Source of the DNA: Syncephalis fuscata S228
Lineage: Eukaryota > Fungi > Zoopagomycota
Assembly (NCBI GenBank): GCA_025786725.1
Contig: JAHLTZ010000008.1
Coordinates: 372,001-436,000 of the forward strand
Direction: 5' to 3'
Length of the DNA: 64,000 nucleotides
The position numbers were made by a program, and so were the translations under genes. This document shows, in pieces, positions 1 to 14,085 of the stretch (the first letter of the stretch is position 1; every line of letters starts with the position of its first letter). Under the pieces are notes generated by a model. It was not told the origin of the DNA, ran no database searches, and saw nothing but the letters and a program-made list of their open reading frames with translations.

Positions 1-270
1 GTTACAACAACAACAACAACAACAACAACAGCAACAACTACAGTTGCAACAACATATGCAATTACAACAACAACAACAACAACAACAACAACAGCTGCAA
101 TTGCAACAGCAACAACAACAAATGATGTTAATGCAACGAGCAGCTGTAAATAATGCTTTACAACAACAACAGTTACAACAACAGCAACAGCAACTTTATT
201 TACAACAACATTTGAAAACAAGGCAGTATGCCGAACAACAAGCTTATGTTAATGCGTTTTCACAACAACA
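1..270 (+). repeat. (CAA/CAG)n coding poly-glutamine tract
   Basis: Long imperfect CAA trinucleotide run visible directly. Confidence 0.9.
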
Positions 271-2610
271 GCAACAGGCAGCCGGCCTAGCTAATGCAAC
301 CAATTCACCTATGGCTGCTTTACAAAATAAGCAGTTATTAATGCAAATTCAACGTATGCAATCAGCCAACTTACTAATGCAGCAACAAAATGCCACATCT
401 TCTATGGTAATTATTCATAGTAATAACACTAATTAATACTAATATGTTACTATTTAATAATAGACACCCAATAAAGGAGGACTTGGCATTATGACACCAA
501 CGATAGCTACACCCACAATGTCAGTCAAAGATGAACAACGATACTCGCCACGTATCATTCCATGTGGTATTGTAGCAGCCAGTACAGGAGAACCTTGTCG
601 TCGTCCTGTCAATCAACTAGGTGACGTATGTCGACTTCATTACCGATTCCAACGAACACCACAACAAATTGCGGCAATGGAAACAGCTGCATCTAATACA
701 GCATCGACAGCAACACCACCTATTGCATCACCACCACCGGCCACTTCAATGATACCATTGGGTGCTTCAATGCCTCCTACACCTCAACAGGCATTAATGA
801 TGGGTCAGCCACAGGTAAATGTCGATTATACATGTTTAAAAGCTAACTAACAATACTATATCTGCACTGTTCCATTAGTCAAATACGTTTACTTGGAAGG
901 TTAATGTGCCATCGGCCAAAAGACCATCTAACTTTATTAATCAGCAATTATCACAAACTTCCATGATGCATATGATGAATGGTGCAGCTGGACAAATGAA
1001 TCAATTACCCGCTGATATTTGTCCATTCTGTGGCATGGACGAGTCACCAGTTGAAGATGATGAGGAACAGTTAGGCAATAGAGCGGTAACGGGCAAAGAT
1101 CGTGTACGTTGTGTGCAATGTCGTCGATCTCATCATTTATTGTGTACACATCTGGATAATGCCACGGTAGCTGCCGCCGTTAAAAGCTATCCCTGGCAAT
1201 GCAATGATTGTAAAACGTGTGTTGTTTGTAAAGAGGCCGGCGATGAATCCGAATTATTAATTTGTGATGGATGTGATCGGGCCTGGCACATGGGCTGTTG
1301 TGATCCAGCTGTAAAAGCATTACCAGAAGGTAAATTACTATTTGTTATCTAATTACATACTGATTACTAACTATTATTTACCATTTACCATTTAATATAC
1401 AATTACTTTTACACCATTTATTTTAGGTCGTTGGTATTGTGGATTATGTGCACGATGCCATAGTTGTTCTTTAAGATCGCGTAAATCACATGAACGAGCT
1501 ATGACATTATCATCGGATGCATTCCATCCTACAACTATGACCAAGGCAGGTACTGAAGGACGTGAAGTATTTGTGACCATGTTTTGTAATTTATGCCATC
1601 GTGACTATGAGGCTGATCGTTACTGTCCTGTATGTATTGAGACATACCACGCACCATCAACACAAAGCTCGCCAAATGGATCGGTAATTGGTGAAGGTGA
1701 AGAGGCAGCTACACCAGTTATTAATGATGTTGAAACGAAATCAGAATCAGTACCGGCATCAGTAACGGCATCAGCATCGGAATTGGTACCGACATCAGCA
1801 TCATCACGTCCACAAAGAACTGTCTCAAAGCTAACTAATGAACAAGTAGCAAAAGCATTAGCAGAAAGCGATGAAGATGACGAAGATGACGACGACGGCG
1901 AAGATGACAATGACAATGGCCCAACAAACAAGTCAGCCAATGAAGGAAGTCTATTACCACAACGAGGTCGTCCACGTAGATCACGTCTCCCACCACAACG
2001 TTATCCAGCTGGTGGTGAAGAGCCAATTGTCAATACAGCAACAGGCACTCATGGCCGAAAACGACGACGACCACCTATTCCACCCCAATCACCTGACAAT
2101 GACGATACAACAACAACAGCGTCAAGTGGTGGTACTGATAAAGATATGGTATGTTGTGATCGATGTGATCGCTGGGTCCACGTTACTTGTGATCCTTCAA
2201 TGACTGAAGCAGCCTACGAACGATTAGCCAATGATACGGGTGCCCACTATGTATGTCCATTATGTGCACGTTATACAGAAGTGCAATTAGCAGTACGACG
2301 ACCATTACAACATGGTAGGGCAGGTCGATATCCACGTAATGCACATCTAGTAGGCGATGAACAAAGTATAAAGGATGATGCACTTGCTGTACCGGTACGT
2401 GAAGTACTTATTGATGTAACTGGTCAGCGTGGATTGGCAGCACCAGCCTTACACGCCACAGGTCATGGCACATTTGCCGGTGATGGTCGATTTCGCGATC
2501 AACCTTGGCAGCAACAAAAGCAACAGCAACAGCTGCAGTCACAACAACAGCAACAGCAACAAGTAATGGCAGCGACCATTGGACTACCATCGACGAAAGG
2601 TGTATCTTAA
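1..2610 (+). CDS. Poly-Q, multi-PHD-finger chromatin reader (DPF/PHF10-like double PHD plus MLL-like extra PHD); 5' end lies outside the window
   Basis: CPFC..CVQCRRSHHLLC..WQCNDCKTCVVC..LLICDGCDRAWHMGC..WYCGLC, then CPVC..CCDRCDRWVHVTC..YVCPLC. GT-AG introns at 407-463, ~814-879 and ~1330-1425. Confidence 0.85.
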
Positions 2611-2775
2611 TAGTATTATTCATTTGATAAACCATTGATTAATAATAATAATAATAAAAATAAACTATTAATAACATTGGCAACAATAGTAGACCATTAG
2701 CAATAGTGACTACTCTAATACTACTAGATATTACAAATAATACCAAAGTATTTATTTAATTACTAATTAATCAAT

Positions 2776-5700
2776 CTAGAACAGTCCAACAACACGACCA
2801 TTCTCGATATCGACATCATAGAAGCAGGGACGAGTAGTTAGACCAGGCATGGTTTGCATTTCGCCAAGTAATGGATAAAGGAAACCAGCCCCGACACTGG
2901 CCCGAATATCACGAATAGGCACAGTGAATCCAGTGGGCACATTTTTAAGATTTGGATCATGTGATAAACTTAAATGAGTCTTGGCCATACAGATGGGCAG
3001 ATGAGCAAAGCCTTGACGTTCATAACGAGCAATTTGTTCACGGGCTTCATCGCTAAAGGTAACACCATCGGCACCGTACATCTCTCGGGCAATGGTTTCA
3101 ATCTTTTCGGGAATACTTGCATTGACATCGTATAACAAGCGGAAAGTATCGGAATTATCGGATTTACGATTACATACTTCAACTAGACGTTCAGCCATAG
3201 CAACTGCACCCTTACCTAGTCATATGTAGAATAAAATTAATATCTATACTGCAGAATATAAAATAGAATACAGTGCTACTTACCACCTTCGGCCCAATGA
3301 TTGCAAACAACAGCGTCATCGGCACCGGCTGCCTTGGCCGCAGTACGAATGGCTTCAACTTCGGCTTCGGTATCGGTGGCAAATCGATTAATGGCCACTA
3401 AAACAGCCACACCGAATTTACGAGCATTTTCAATATGCTTAGCAAGATTAGCCGCACCCGCTTCGACTAGTGCAACGTTTTCTTTTAGATACTCGGCGGC
3501 CAATGGACGACCAGGCACGACTTTAGGACCACCGCCGTGCATCTTCAATGAACGGACAGTTGCCACAAGTACCACAGCATCGGGAATAAGTCCTGAGGCA
3601 CGGCACTTGATATTAAAGAACTTTTCCATACCAATATCGGCACCGAATCCAGCCTCAGTTACAACATAGCCAGCCGATGATGGATCTTGGTCATCGGTAT
3701 AGCCGGCCAATTTAAGGGCAATGGCATCAGCAAGAATGGATGAATTACCATGGGCAATATTAGCAAATGGACCAGCATGCACAAATACAGGTGTGCCCTT
3801 TCGTTATAAATAAATAACATTATTATTATTATTATTATTAATGACACTATTATTTATAACTTACCTCCAGTGTTTGCATTAGATTTGGATTAATCGTATC
3901 TTTCATAAGTACAGTCATTGCACCACCTACACCCAAATCATCGGCGGTAACAGGTGTACCTGCTTTGCTGCTTGCTACAACAACACGGCCCAATCGTTCA
4001 CGCATATCCTCTTGCGATGAACTGAGCGCTAGAATGGCCATACATTCACTGGCCACGGCAATATCAAAGCCAGTCTGGCGTTCATGGCCTTGTTCGGTGG
4101 CATTCTGTCCAATGGTTATCTTGCGTAAGAAACGATCATTTGTATCGACGACACGACGCCATGTAATGGTATCGGGATCGATATCGAGACGCACAAATTG
4201 TGATCGTTCCTCTTCCGTTAAATCTTCTGGTCGGGTCTTATCAATGCCTAGTTTGCGCAGACGACGCAACATAATATTTGAGAATTTACGTTCGCCTTGC
4301 TTAATTGGACAAAGACGATTAAATAATGCCTATTAATAGAATACATATGATTAGTATGATTAGTGTTGGTATTTCTATTCATTACCTCATCGCTTTGTGT
4401 TGCCTCGTGGAATATACGCGTATCAATAGCTGCAGCTAATAGATTATTGGCTGCTACAATGGCATGTATGTCACCAGTCAAGTGCAAGTTAAACTCGTCC
4501 ATTGGAATGACTTGCGAGTAGCCACCACCTGCTGCACCGCCTTTAATACCAAATGTCGGTCCTTGTGATGGCTGGCGTACACAGGCAAATGCCACTTTAT
4601 TAAGATGCGCACCCAATGCTTGGGTCAAACCGATGGTTGTTGTTGATTTACCTTCACCGAGTGGTGTTGGCGTGATGCCCCAACGACAACATACTTGCCA
4701 TTACGACGATGGCGAAGACGATGCAGCACGTTAACATTGACCTTAGCCTTGTACTTGCCATATGGTTCAATCTAGCATAATTGAATGAGTAAATCGGTTT
4801 AATCATAATATCTGTGCTTATTATAGCTTACCTCGCTTGGGAATAGAGCAAGTTCACGAGCCAACAGCTGAACTGGCTTGGGTGTTTGGGCCATAGCAAT
4901 ATCGATATCGCTGGGTACAGGTTCTAGTGGAATAAGCGGTAATGGCGTTGGTACACCGACATGATTTTCAAGTTCTGCATGCTTCGCCGCAATGACTGTA
5001 TTGTTCATTAGCATGGCGACAGTCATTGGTCCAACACCGCCAGGTACAGGTGAAATGGCACTGGCCACTTCTTGAGCTGAAGCAAAATCGACATCGCCCA
5101 CCCAACGAATGCCTGATTTGCGAGTTGTGTCGGTAACAGCGTTCATACCGACATCGATAACAACAGCGCCGGGTTTTAACCAGCTGCCTTTAATTAATTC
5201 AGGCTTGCCGGCTGCTGCAACAACAATATCAGCACGTCGAACCTACCCATCTACTAGTTAGCAATGCATTAAACAAGTTATCCTATCGATCACCTACTTG
5301 TTCTTCTAGGTTCTGGTACGTGCATGGCAAAGTGTTGCCGTAGCATTGTAATTACAAAGTAGAGTAAATACCGGAAATCCCTAGAATAATGCTATTAGTA
5401 TAATCTAATATTAATGTACTCAGCAAGTATATCTAGCTACGTACAACAATATCACTACGACCAACGACAACAGCATTTTTGCCTTCAATCTCAACACCTG
5501 GTTCATTTGGTTAAATACAATAAACTATTTTTTAAAACTACACTTACCAGATCGAAGAAGCATTTCAATGACACCCTGTGGCGTGCAAGCCACAAAGAAT
5601 GGTTCACAGCTACGTTTGGTAAGCTGCCAATATTGATAGGATGGAATCTATTTATAATATTAATACAATGACTGTGTCAAATTATTTGTAATTATTGTAC

Positions 5701-6240
5701 TTGCCCATCCACATCTTTACGCGGATCAATTGCATCGGTGACAGCAAATGCATCAATACCATTGGGAAGTGGCAATTGAACCAATAGACCGTGTACTGTT
5801 GGGTCATCATTTAGCGCTTGAATTTTACCAATAATCTAAGTTAAATAACATTAATATTAAATAAAGCAATTATTATTATCATTATTAAGCTATCCATTCT
5901 TAATAATAGAAAATATATTTACTTCAATGAGTGTCGCTGTTTCCGGTAAATGAATATGAGAAAAGCGAACGCCAATCTAAAAACAATAACACGTATTATT
6001 GTTCATTAAAAATATAATTAATAGTGCGCTTGTTAGATCGGTAGTAAAACATACCTCTTCGGCAGCACGCTCTTTTTGACGAATATACAAGCTTGAGTCT
6101 TCGCGTCCGCCAACTTGCACAACGGCCAAGTGAGGTGTGAAATCTCCGTGGTCTTTACGTAGCGCCAATACCTGCTCTTTCAAATCGACACGAATGGCCT
6201 GCGCCATTGCTTTGCCGTCGATAACAGTGGCGGTAGTCAT
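2776..6240 (-). CDS. ADE3: C1-tetrahydrofolate synthase (trifunctional dehydrogenase/cyclohydrolase/formyl-THF synthetase); possible in-frame N-terminal extension to ATG 6567
   Basis: [78 protein letters not shown] and TMPGL motifs across about 10 exons, with a few single-base indels. Confidence 0.97.
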
Positions 6241-7269
6241 ATTTGACGTGGGGGTTGCGTTTGCGGTAGAAGAGAAGAAGTAGCGCTGTACTGTAGCTAA
6301 CGTCGACAGGATGGGGCACCTGAAAGACCACGACTTTATTAGTCGCCCGTGCGTATCCACACAGCTGGGCTTATGATGCAGCGGACAATTGAATGGCACA
6401 CGTCTTGGCCCAATTAGGCCTTGCGCAGAAAGAGCAGCGACAGGCGTCCATCGCGTGCCCAAACGTGCTTGCAATCGACTAATATGGGCAACTGTATGAC
6501 GTAGTGATGCGTTGGAAATCAAACGATAACGCGAGTACAATGCAACCTGTTGGCAAGTAAGGGGCATGATAACAAGAAGATGAAATGCCAATAATGATAT
6601 GTTAAAAATAAATAAAAGATTAAGATGGATAGTCATCTATGTACTAATAAGGGCAATAAACAAGATCGTTTTTCTAGACATGGAAATAGTGTTGGACAAT
6701 AAATACGGTTTATTACGACGGTTTACCTGAATAGGCCTTTAGTTTATTGCAGATTTACCAAAATTGCTTCATAGTAACATGCTTGGCATAACAGGGTGTA
6801 TTAGTTGTGTTTAATAAATAATGCAATATTATAAGTTAATTTATAAGTAATGGTATAAATAAGAAATAAGACTGGTTTGTTGCTATGCAATGCTATTAGT
6901 TTGTAGCATTTGTAATAGTTGTTAATTTATTGATAAAAATACTAAATTTATATTAGCAAAAATAAAACACTGGTTTTACTACTCTTAGCATATTATGTTT
7001 TTAGCTCATACAAATATACTAATATGTCATTATAAATAAAATGTATACCAAAATCACATAGTCACAGTGAGCTATTTGTGAATTTATACAATACTTTAAA
7101 TTATTCAATGGATGACTTATTGCTAAAAATATAGTTCTATTTTAATAGTTATCTATCATAAAAACTATGTATAAACACATTAATAATAATGTGTTTAGTA
7201 TTAATGGTCGCGTTTTAATGCAATTGTCAAATGATATTGCTTTTTTGTCAAATATATATAAAGTACATT

Positions 7270-7647
7270 AAACAAACAGCCTAAATATTTGCTAATGCAG
7301 ATGTCTTGAGAACACCGGTTAGTCTATGTTTATAAATAACTATAGTACATGGCATATAGTTAGCGTATAGACTAATATTATATATCTATACCTACTCTCT
7401 ATTAATATAAATTACTAGCCGAATACAGCACATATCATGTAATTAGTAAATGATTAATTAATATACAATGCCACTTGCTCTTTATTAATATTATTTTGGT
7501 TATATAGACGATGTTTAATTAAACTAATATCTAATTATTGTAATTGTAACTTACTACGACAAACTAGAATTAAGGTAGCATCCACTGTGGATGTAGCGAT
7601 CACAAAAGCCACAAAGATGGTGCAGATGCGGCAGTAGAAAGTTTCAT
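7270..7647 (-). CDS. Putative small secreted Cys-containing peptide (not in the ORF track)
   Basis: ATG at 7647. One 1-nt correction gives MKLSTAAICTIFVAFVIATSTVDA|TLILVCR, followed by a GTAAGT donor at ~7554. A downstream segment after a TAG acceptor reads TNRCSQDICISKYLGCLF. Middle exons are unresolved. Confidence 0.45.
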
Positions 7648-7927
7648 GATGCTATTGATTTGTTAAAACAAACAAACAAGTAGAATTGATATAGAGTGTG
7701 ATGATGACATCATTAGTTATCTGTGCTTATTTTATTGGCAATTACAGTCTTCAATATCCGCATATATCTCAGATAGCACATAAACACTGATGCAACAATA
7801 AAAGTGTAATAATGCGCAGTATCCATAGAAATCGTACTCTATGATCAAAGTACTTCATTTTATATAAGCAAAAAACACGATTGCAATCTATTGAACTGTT
7901 TCTTTTACTTTATTATAAATAAAACAA

Positions 7928-9171
7928 CTATTTATACGTTGTTGCTGCCATTAGAAATGTGGCCACACCAAAACCAACCGTAATCAACGACCGCTGTGTC
8001 GTTGTACGTTGGCATAAATGTCGTGCAAATGCTGTTATTAATGATCGAAGGTGTGCTAGTTGGTAGAATAGCATCTGTCGTCTCATTGCTAGTTCACGAC
8101 TTGAGCCATTACGTTGGTGTTTTAGAAATAGTAAGAATAGGTTCACAGATGACTTGGAATTACAAGAAAGCCTTACGGTTAGTTTTAAATGGCGGCGACA
8201 GCATGGGCATCGTATTGAATTAGTTGGTGATAATTCTCGGTTCCTAAGATTTCTTTCTGCCGTAGCTGTTGTTGTTGCTGCACGGTTAGGCGTGTCCATT
8301 GGTGTAACTTCAGTTAGATTGAACTGTGGTAATGGCGATAGTGGCGGTGATGGGGGTGCTGTGGCCTGTTGTTCGCTCTGTGACATCCACCATGCACGCA
8401 TACATGCGCGATGAGCTACATGATCAGGTATAATACAAAAAGACTCAAGTAAATCGTCATGATCGCTCATTTCTGTTGCGTAGACATCATTAAGCTCATA
8501 CAGCTCATGTAGATAGTGTTTGTCACTTATATTTTCTCCCTCCTCCTCCTCTTCAGCTTCTATATTTATTCCAAAAGATCGCGAATGCTGTCGATACTGT
8601 TGTTGCTCATAATACTGCTGTTGATTATGATTACGATGGCGACTAGGTGGTAATGCATTCCTATTCTCGGTATTGGTGGCAGTTGCTGTTGAAGTGTTTT
8701 TGGCGAAGAGTAAGGCTGCATATCGCCTAGACCAACGCCTTGACATATCATGCAGTCGTCATCGGTTCGTTCTATGGGAGCCGGTCGGCCTACACATACC
8801 CAACGACGCCGTTCACGCTCAAATCGACGGTTAATCGTCCAGTGGATCCATTCATCGACGACAATCACTAGTGCCAATAGCAGCGATGTACGCCAAATAT
8901 GTTGACGCTTGAAGAATATTGGGAAGCGCGGTAAATTGGGCCGTATAACTCTTAGAATGACAACAGCTACAAGCAGGTAATAGCTTGATAGGTATCGGCG
9001 TTCTTGGTCCGAAAAGCGAACTGGTATCCAAATTTGCTGACGACGATCAAGTAGCGAGACTTTAGCCCACGCAGAAAACGACCAAGCTAGCGCGGCTACT
9101 CGGATAGACGGATGCCACAAGTGTCTCAAGACAGGCTTGAGCGGTTTACTAAGAAAAGCCATGCTAGGCAA
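7928..9171 (-). CDS. Membrane-anchored RING-H2-type protein (probable E3 ligase), one frameshift near 8720
   Basis: CMIC in the upstream frame; C-IIPD-H-VA-H-RA-C...CPCC in the downstream frame. Hydrophobic segments at the N- and C-termini. Confidence 0.7.
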
Positions 9172-9702
9172 TGATAGTGACTATTAAACGGACAAGTAGC
9201 GCACCAACAATGACAGACACAAAAGTAGCAATAGTAGCAATAGTGGCAATAAATGTTTCTACATAGAATAAACGTAGAATGCACTCGAGGCGACAGGTAA
9301 TGTTGTTCAAAGTTATTCAATGGCTCAATGTTAATGCCAGTATAAAATGACAGCAAAAGAGAAGGCGTTAACTTTCGAGGTGTGTGTGATACACATTCAA
9401 GTAATCTTTAAAGGGAATGACTATTTATGGTTGCGCACTTTTTCAAATAGTTTCAAATTTATTTGCTTGTCACCTGTGTGTAACTATTGTAGTATATTAA
9501 TAGCTGTAAAGAAATAACCCATAACTTTAATTAATAAAACAACTAATTAATATTACATATTTTGTTGTTGCTTAAGCGTGTATCCATTACCAAATTATGT
9601 TAAACATTTAAAAATGGTATTTTTATACTTTTATTCTCAATTATCAAGTGCCGTTATTGTTATTAGCATATGCGGGTGTTGTTAGAAATAAATGAAATCC
9701 AT

Positions 9703-11545
9703 TTAAGCAAAAAGCCAACGATTAAATTGTTCCAACTCTGTATCAATACAACCAATGTGCACAGGAGATACAACTGATGGACGCCATGCTGATGAATCTG
9801 CCGAAGAAACAGCTGTGCTTAAAGTATTGCTGTTTGCTTGAGTAATTAATGCAGCAGTATGGTTTGAACTTGATTCTGCCATCGATAGTGTGGTCAATTT
9901 ATTGCCTGTGATTACATCAAGTAAAACGCAATTTTGTTGGCCGTGCTTTTCAAGTACGACTATAGAACCAAGTGCTCGTTTCAATTGAGCATCCACCGGC
10001 CAACTATCTTCGTATCGTGGTAATCCATATTCAAGTTGGCGTATTAAATAGCGTTTCTTCGCATCACATAACACTATCAGATCTTGTTCCGGCAGTGAAA
10101 TGACCTGACGAATGAATAAATGATTAAACTCCCATTTAAATCGATTTGCATTTAGACAAAGGGCAGAAAGACAAGTGTGGGTCGTTGTGTAATTATTATT
10201 ATTAGTTGAATGTTCAAGCAATACCATAGATTCATGGAGAAATGTCGTTTTTGCATCGCGTAAAGGCCCGTTATTAGGTATGGGCAGCATACCGCGAGCA
10301 ATGATCTGTGTTTGTCGACAATTATGTTGTTGCTTATTGTCTCTATTATTTGATGAAAATAAATGATGATGATTTAATTCCTTGATCGGCGTAGTAACTG
10401 TGTGTTCTACAAGCTCCCAGCAAAAAGAACGAGATAATCCACGGCATTGGAATATTTGCACTTTATCGTGGTCTACATGATGCAAATGCGCTGTATCAGC
10501 AATGACTGCGCCTTGTATATCTGTTTCTAGCTCGATATAATTAGCATATTGATTTGCTTCTAGCAATACTGCTGTCGAATGCCGGATATCATCCTGGGTT
10601 AATACTGGACGGCAGCTACCATCGTCTAAATCGCAAATGCAATGGGTCATGGGTCCTGGCTGGATTGGATGGCGCCACAACGCCCAACGGCCACGCACAT
10701 CCAACAACTGCTTCCCGATTTGATTTCTATACACTGATGATAAGAAAGAGCTATGCCGTTAAGCTGGTATAGCCATAAGTAATCGGCAGGAGAAGGCATT
10801 TCTGTAACTTCTGTAACATTTTCCTCTGATGATATTGCAGTCGATGCTAATGACGGCCGACCATGAATAATTACACTTCCCTGCGCCGTCATAAACGTTG
10901 AGAGAATATGGATGGTAGCTGATTTTGTTAATAAAACCGATGGCAGTTTAAGATCAAGCTGCTGCAGTGGCGATACCGGCTGTCCAGCCACATGAATAAT
11001 CGCCCAAATTTTGGCTGCATCATAAGCAAATAAGGTTCCCCAAGCACGTGTATTCAAAATGCTTAGTTGGGAGGGTATATTGTCTTTATTCTGCTTTAAT
11101 TCATTAAACGATAAGGATACCGAGGATGTTGTAAATCGACCTTGTCGCCAATTATCATCTAATTGAACACGTTCACAGAATATTTGCCACCAATCAATAT
11201 CGATATGCTTGTCAATGATAGATGCCCATTGACTGTGGCTTGCTTTTTTATTTCTGTGACTTGATCTTGCCAAGGATGATGCATGAGACTGTTCTTCCGA
11301 TAGCTGGCTGGCCAGCCGCCACGTCAACCAGTCCTCCTCGGTGTCACAAGTGGGGAAAGAGCGATATAATAATTCACGCCATATAAGGCGATCTGACTTG
11401 ATAATCCATATAGCTGCTTATTAGCACGTATTAAACGAATTAAATCAGGTGCAGGCAATTGTAATAGAATATGCTGTCGTATTTCTGTTGGTATCCTGAA
11501 CCAACTGTAATCATAGTTGATGCTGCTATAGATAGTAGTAGACAT
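9703..11545 (-). CDS. F-box protein (split by 2 indels)
   Basis: N-terminal WFRIPTEIRQHILLQLPAPDLIRLIRANKQLY F-box motif. Three overlapping ORFs continue into a beta-rich C-terminus. Confidence 0.8.
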
Positions 11546-12325
11546 GTTAGTGTAGAATGTATTAATCTATTGCGCTTGCTAATTGTAGGTGGATAGCTAA
11601 TAGTATATGGTTTATATGTAATGAATAAATGGATAATGAAGTCTGAAGAATGAGTAAAAGAATGAGGTCGGCCGCGATAAGAAAACCTGTAAATGGTACC
11701 AATAAAAAAGCAAGGAACAAGGCCGTTCTAATATTAGAGCAACAACATGCAGATGGTGGAATAAGCTGCAGCTATAAAGGATTAATCACTATTGCTAGAT
11801 CAATATAAACTTATTATTAAAGCAACTAAGCAATGATATACTACGAGTTGTAGTCATGAAAAATCATGGTCATATCACTTGCTTGTTTCGACCGATTAAA
11901 AAAAGGGACTGAACAAAACTGTTTCATTTCGAATGTAAAACATTGTTGTCGTTACGATGCTGACTGTTATTGTTATTGTTATTTTTGTTTTTGTTTTGTT
12001 ATCATAATATCAGCTAATCTTTCTTTATTTATTTCTATAAATTTAAATGTTACGATTTAAAATCTAAGGGGTTTGCTATGTTGAGTCTGGAAATAAATGT
12101 TGATTCGTTATGTCAATTCTAATTCACTAATGTCATTTCTTTCAATATTAACACCAACGCAAAATACAATAGTAATAGCTAGTTTTATAACGATATATCG
12201 AGTGCTGGAACTATTAGATATTTAAAGCTCAATTGTTTATAGTGACATACAATTATTAGCTACTAAACATCCAAATCGCATTACTATAATAGTTGCATAC
12301 TTGCAAAACGACAATCAATAAAACT

Positions 12326-14085
12326 ATGCAAAACTTTAATGGTACTCGTCAATTAGGCGGCGGTAACACTAGCTGTATAGAGCTATTGGCAATAGAGATA
12401 CAATACTTAATACTAGAGTTTATTAATCCTTTATCAGCACTAAGACTTGCACATACAAGCCGTAAGTTGTATTGTGTTGTCCGACATAATGATGCCATTT
12501 GGCGTCAACGTTACGAAAAATCTTATATACCAGAATCAGATCTCGAAGCAGATTTACCCCGTCTATTAAATCGTACGAATATTGAAACACTATCGTGGTT
12601 TGATATTAATGTACGACGTGAGCTGATAGAGAAACGCTGGCGTAAGGGCACTCTTGCAGCATCAGCGAGCATTACTCCATTTCCAGATGTCCCGATTGCT
12701 CAGCTACTCTTAGAAGCACCAGACGTGTGTGTAACAACAGAATATACGGCTGTGAGTTGCCAAAACCGTCTATTTTTCAAAAGTCTACATTTAGAACAAT
12801 GGAGGGAGATCCATTTACCTGGATACCACCATCGATACAATGAGGCACCAATACCGAGCCAAGTACAAAGTGAAACAAATTATACGCCAGAAACTATAGC
12901 AGATAATCGGTCACGTACTTTACTCGGCGCATTTCATTTACGAGGACCATTTCTTCTAGCGTATATTTGGGGTCGGACGCGTCAATGTAAATTGTGTGTA
13001 TGGGATTTACGTTACGTAGCAGCTGAAATCGACTGTTCATTGGCTTGTAAACCACTAGCTCGCTACTCAGGCTACACATCCATTTTAGCCGGAAATTATT
13101 TGGCAACTGAAGAAAAAGACTCTACAACGAGCAGAATGCAAGTTCGTGACTTGGCCGCCGCTGCCCGCCGCGTACCCTACAATCGTCCATTTTGTTCAAA
13201 CGATCCAGAGGTCCGGCAGCTTGTTTGGCCAGCTGGGCTAACATCATTTGGCCATTGTCATGACGTTGATGATCGCCATGAACCAGTTTTACTATGTGTT
13301 GGAAACAGACAGCCGACCAAAGAAGTTCCAACAACATTGTCAACATTAGAACGAGCGCTTTGGATATCGACAGCTGATTTAATTTCTCCGCCTACAATTC
13401 AAAAGATAGAGATGAAAATGTCATTTGGTGGCGTTCTCCAGTTAAAGTGTCGTTAAATGAACAACCTTGTTGGGATGTAGCACGATTTGCGGCCGGCTAC
13501 GAAGATCAATTGATATTAAGCTGTCGTATATCCACTCAGCATGATCGCCGCACTCCAATGGGATTTGTTCTTGTCTGTTGTTCGTTATTCAGCGGCAAAC
13601 ACATTTGGTGTCGTGATGAGCCTAGTAATATTTGCGAACTTTTTTCATTTCGTGCTGCCAACAGACTCGTTGCCGCTACAACTAATCACTGTATTCGTAT
13701 ATTTAACCTAAAAACGGGTGCATTGCTACAAGAATTGGTACCAGAAATATTTGCCGATCAGCCACAGCATTATCCTATCACTCTACACCGAGTGATTGGT
13801 AATCTACTGGCCATTACCTTTCATGGAGATATGTTTATAAATAACAATGCAACCAAAACGGTAGGACAGCTACGCTTGGCCATGATGGATGTAGCAGATG
13901 GCCGTATTTTGTGGAGAAAAACACTTGCACAATCCTCAGAACACAATAACAATGCTAATGTAGCTCGAAATCGTTACCAATGTGACTATCCCACAGAAGC
14001 TGCCTTTTGCGCAACTCGGCTTTGCGTATATCGCCCTGATATCAATGGAATATTTGAGATGGATTTTGCACGTAATCTAATATAG
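12326..14085 (+). CDS. F-box protein with beta-propeller-like C-terminus (1 indel near 13447)
   Basis: IELLAIEIQYLILEFINPLSALRLAHTSRKLY..DAIWRQRY F-box motif; apparently intronless. Confidence 0.82.
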
